Assembly (NCBI GenBank): GCA_963677435.1 | Contig: OY781945.1 | Coordinates: forward strand, 2,592,001-2,656,000 | Direction: 5' to 3' | Length of the DNA: 64,000 bases | DNA from: an uncultured Aliarcobacter sp. | Lineage (GTDB): Bacteria; Campylobacterota; Campylobacteria; Campylobacterales; Arcobacteraceae | Shown: piece by piece, positions 61,024 to 64,000 of the stretch | Layout of the letters: every line of letters starts with the position of its first letter | How positions within the stretch are numbered: the first letter of the stretch is position 1 | Position numbers and translations under genes: made by a program | Notes under the pieces: model-generated | Databases searched by the model: none | Seen by the model: only the letters and a program-made list of their open reading frames with translations | What the model was told of the DNA's origin: nothing

Positions 61024-62607
61024 ATGTTCAAAGCAAAAAGTTTATATCATCTTATAGTTTACAGTATATTATTTATTATTGTATTAATTTCATTTTTTAC
61101 ATTTATTATAATTAGCAACTCCCATGAAGAATTACAAGAAAAAATCAAAACACTAAAAACTGATTATACAAATAGCCAAAAAGAATTACTTAAAAATGAT
61201 GTTAATTCAGTAATAAATTTCATTCAATATTATAACAACAAATATAAAGATACTAAATCCAAAGAAACGATACAAAAAGAAGTTTTAGAAGCAATAGCTC
61301 AGCTTAGAACAGCAGATACTATTAATGAATATCTTTTTATATATGATTTTGAAGGAGTGAGTTTATATTATCCTATTTCAAAAGATAGAGAGGGCAAAAA
61401 ATATCTTGAATATACTAATCATGATGGTAAACAAGTTATTAAAGATTTAATTGATGTATCAAAAAAACCAGATGGAGGTTTTGTTGAATATCTGTGGTAC
61501 AAACTTGCGATATTTAAAGATGCAAAAAAGATTTCTTATGCAAATGTATATAAAGATTGGAATTGGACAATAGGGAAAGGTGTATATCTTGATGAAATAG
61601 ATAAACTTGTTAAAGAAAAAGATGAAGAGTATAATCAAAAGATATCAAACTATACATTACAAATAACATCACTTACTGTTATGCTTGTTTTATATTCTAT
61701 ATTTATTTATAAAAATGCAACAATATTAATTGTTAATGATGTATTAGAAATTGGTAAATATTTTAAAGAATCTCAAAAAAATAATGACCCAATAAATCAA
61801 AATAGAATTATATTTGGAGAATTTAAAGTAATTGCAAATTATGCCACAGATGCGATGAATAATATAAAATTAAAAACTACTATGCTTGAAGATTTAAACA
61901 AAAACCTTGAATACAATGTCAAAGAAAAAACTAAAGAATTAACGAACCTTATTGAATCTCAAAAAAAATTTATTAAAAACTCTGTTCATGAGATAAATAC
62001 TCCCTTATCGATAATTCAAACTAATATTGATTTATTAAAAATGAAAATTCCAAATAATAAATATATTACTAATATAGAATCAGGTTCAAAAATTATCCAA
62101 TACATTTATGATGATTTATCATACTTAGTAAAAAAAGATCGTGTTATATATGAAAAAGAGTATTTAGATTTTTCAAAAGTTTTAATTTCTAGAATAGAAT
62201 TTTTTGAAGAAATTGCAAAATCAAATTCATTGCATTTTATTAATACAATAGAAAATGATATTTACATAAAATTTAATATTATTGAACTTCAAAGGGTTAT
62301 TGATAATAATTTATCAAATGCAATAAAATACTCTTTTGCAAAGTCACCTATTCTTGTGGAGTTAGATTATATAAATGATGAAGAAATAGAATTTAGTGTT
62401 ACGACTAACTCAAAAACTATAGAACAAAAAAATAAGATATTTGATGACTTTTATAGGGAAAATAATGCTAGAGGTGGATTTGGACTTGGATTAAAAATAG
62501 TCAAAGATATATGTGATAAAAATTTTGTTATAATCAATCTTGATTCAAATGAGAAAGAGACAAAATTTACTTATAGGTTCAAAATAAATGAAGATACTAC
62601 TACTTGA
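61024..62607 (+). CDS. Cache_2 sensor histidine kinase
   Basis: YLFIYD, GGFVEYLW, KISY, WNWTIGKG; VHEINTPL, NAIKY, GFGLGL. Confidence 0.92.
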   Translation: MFKAKSLYHLIVYSILFIIVLISFFTFIIISNSHEELQEKIKTLKTDYTNSQKELLKNDVNSVINFIQYYNNKYKDTKSKETIQKEVLEAIAQLRTADTINEYLFIYDFEGVSLYYPISKDREGKKYLEYTNHDGKQVIKDLIDVSKKPDGGFVEYLWYKLAIFKDAKKISYANVYKDWNWTIGKGVYLDEIDKLVKEKDEEYNQKISNYTLQITSLTVMLVLYSIFIYKNATILIVNDVLEIGKYFKESQKNNDPINQNRIIFGEFKVIANYATDAMNNIKLKTTMLEDLNKNLEYNVKEKTKELTNLIESQKKFIKNSVHEINTPLSIIQTNIDLLKMKIPNNKYITNIESGSKIIQYIYDDLSYLVKKDRVIYEKEYLDFSKVLISRIEFFEEIAKSNSLHFINTIENDIYIKFNIIELQRVIDNNLSNAIKYSFAKSPILVELDYINDEEIEFSVTTNSKTIEQKNKIFDDFYRENNARGGFGLGLKIVKDICDKNFVIINLDSNEKETKFTYRFKINEDTTT

Positions 62608-63250
62608 AGATGAATTAATGCTTAATAATGCAATTAATGAGTATTTAAAAAATATAGGGCATATGGTTGAAAGTTTTAGCGATGGGCAAGAAGTTTTAGA
62701 TAATATTAATACAACTTACGATTTATTAATCTTAGATATTAATGTTCCTACAAAAGATGGCTTTGAAATTTTAAGTGAATTAAATAGCAAAAAAATTTAT
62801 ATTCCAACAATTTTTATTTCAGCACTAATTGATATTGAAGATATATCAAAAGCATATAGTTTAGGTTGTAGAGAATATATAAAAAAACCTTTTCATTTAG
62901 GTGAATTAGGCATCAAAATAAATCAGATTCTAAAAAAAGAGCAAAATAATACTTCACATATTAGATTCTCTGAAAATTACTCTTACGCAAAAGATAAACA
63001 AACTTTATATTTTAATGGCGAACCACAAAATCTTACAAAAAAACAATTAGAAATCATACATATACTTGCACTAAATATCAATATGATTGTAGATTTTGAA
63101 AGATTTAGAATTGATACTTGGGATGGAGAAGATATAGATAATCCAACTATTAGAGCAGAAATTTCTAGATTAAAAAAAGCTTTAAAAGAAGATTTCATAA
63201 AAAACATTAGAGGTCTTGGATATAAAATTGACAGATATTACTCTGTGTAA
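62588..63250 (+). CDS. OmpR-family response regulator
   Basis: LLEDE, LDINVP, KKPF, IRGLGY winged helix. Confidence 0.95.
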   Translation: MKILLLEDELMLNNAINEYLKNIGHMVESFSDGQEVLDNINTTYDLLILDINVPTKDGFEILSELNSKKIYIPTIFISALIDIEDISKAYSLGCREYIKKPFHLGELGIKINQILKKEQNNTSHIRFSENYSYAKDKQTLYFNGEPQNLTKKQLEIIHILALNINMIVDFERFRIDTWDGEDIDNPTIRAEISRLKKALKEDFIKNIRGLGYKIDRYYSV

Positions 63251-63332
63251 AACCCTTTAACAAGGGATTTTACCTTCATTAATAAATAAAAAACAATCTC
63301 ACATATAACTTAATTCTAAAAAAAATAATTAA

Positions 63333-63366
63333 TTGCTACCTTTTTGCTATCTAGCCCTATTATAAT
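63333..63366 (+). promoter_or_regulatory. 11-bp-period direct repeat plus -10 box upstream of the symporter operon
   Basis: TTGCTAcc..TTGCTAtc at 63333 and 63344; TATAAT at 63361-63366. Confidence 0.55.
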
Positions 63367-63426
63367 TTCAATATTAAATTGTTTACCAATTTATTCTATT
63401 TAATAAAATTTTAGAAGGAGAGCAAA

Positions 63427-63681
63427 ATGAGTCCAGAAAAAGCACAAGCATACTGGAAGGAAAATATCTCGATGATTATCAAACTTTTGATTGTTTGGTT
63501 TGTATTTTCTTTTGGTTGTGGAATTTTATTCATCAACGAACTTAACGCTATTGAAATCAGTGGAGTTAAATTAGGTTATTGGTTTGCACAACAAGGTGCG
63601 ATATATGTATTTGTTATCTTAATTTTTGTTTATGTAAAAGTAATGACAGGAATAGATGAGAAATATGGCGTTAATGAATAA
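63427..63681 (+). CDS. DUF4212 small subunit of a solute:sodium symporter
   Basis: AYWKEN, LGYWFAQQGAI, two TM. Confidence 0.9.
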   Translation: MSPEKAQAYWKENISMIIKLLIVWFVFSFGCGILFINELNAIEISGVKLGYWFAQQGAIYVFVILIFVYVKVMTGIDEKYGVNE

Positions 63682-63691
63682 GGAGTTGTAA

Positions 63692-64000
63692 ATGGAATTA
63701 CAAACATTAATTTATCTATTCGTAGGTATTTCTTTCGCTATTTATATAGGTATAGCACTTTGGGCAAAAGCTGGTTCAACTAAAGAGTTTTATGTAGCTG
63801 GTGGTGGAGTTCATCCTATAGCAAATGGTATGGCAACGGCTGCGGATTGGATGTCAGCTGCTTCATTTATCTCACTTGCAGGTATTATATCTTTCAAAGG
63901 TTCAGATGGTGGTGCATACTTAATGGGATGGACAGGTGGATATGTTCTACTTGCAATGTTATTAGCACCTTATTTAAGAAAATTTGGTAAATTTACTGTT
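63692..64000 (+). CDS. ActP-like sodium:solute symporter, partial (not in ORF track)
   Basis: [51 protein letters not shown]. Confidence 0.9.
   Translation, partial: MELQTLIYLFVGISFAIYIGIALWAKAGSTKEFYVAGGGVHPIANGMATAADWMSAASFISLAGIISFKGSDGGAYLMGWTGGYVLLAMLLAPYLRKFGKFTV

Overview
Very AT-rich chromosomal window from a Campylobacterota genome. Gene content and order point to Arcobacteraceae (inference). Housekeeping genes include valS, ileS, rpsB-tsf, gmk, murE, hemH, mqo, a UvrD/Rep helicase, amtB-PII, znuCB, ccoIS, msrPQ, nnrS and tpx. There is a complete soxCDXYZAB thiosulfate-oxidation cluster with many accessory genes, and an exact tandem duplication of a Lys-Glu-Val-Asp tRNA block. The least explained signals are: (1) a ~630-bp non-coding element at 1552-2180 built from two inverted, highly structured arms, whose terminal hairpins show loop/tail covariation in three copies (pseudoknot-like); (2) a REP-flanked RAYT transposase that appears to truncate a type I secretion locus, leaving a scar; (3) an orphan PotD-like binding protein coupled to a Cache-HAMP-HD-GYP enzyme (NspS/MbaA-like logic); (4) a candidate ~116-nt sRNA downstream of the PII gene; (5) unannotated small ORFs and several well-placed operator motifs. 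All calls come from reading sequence and motifs; no database searches or folding programs were run.
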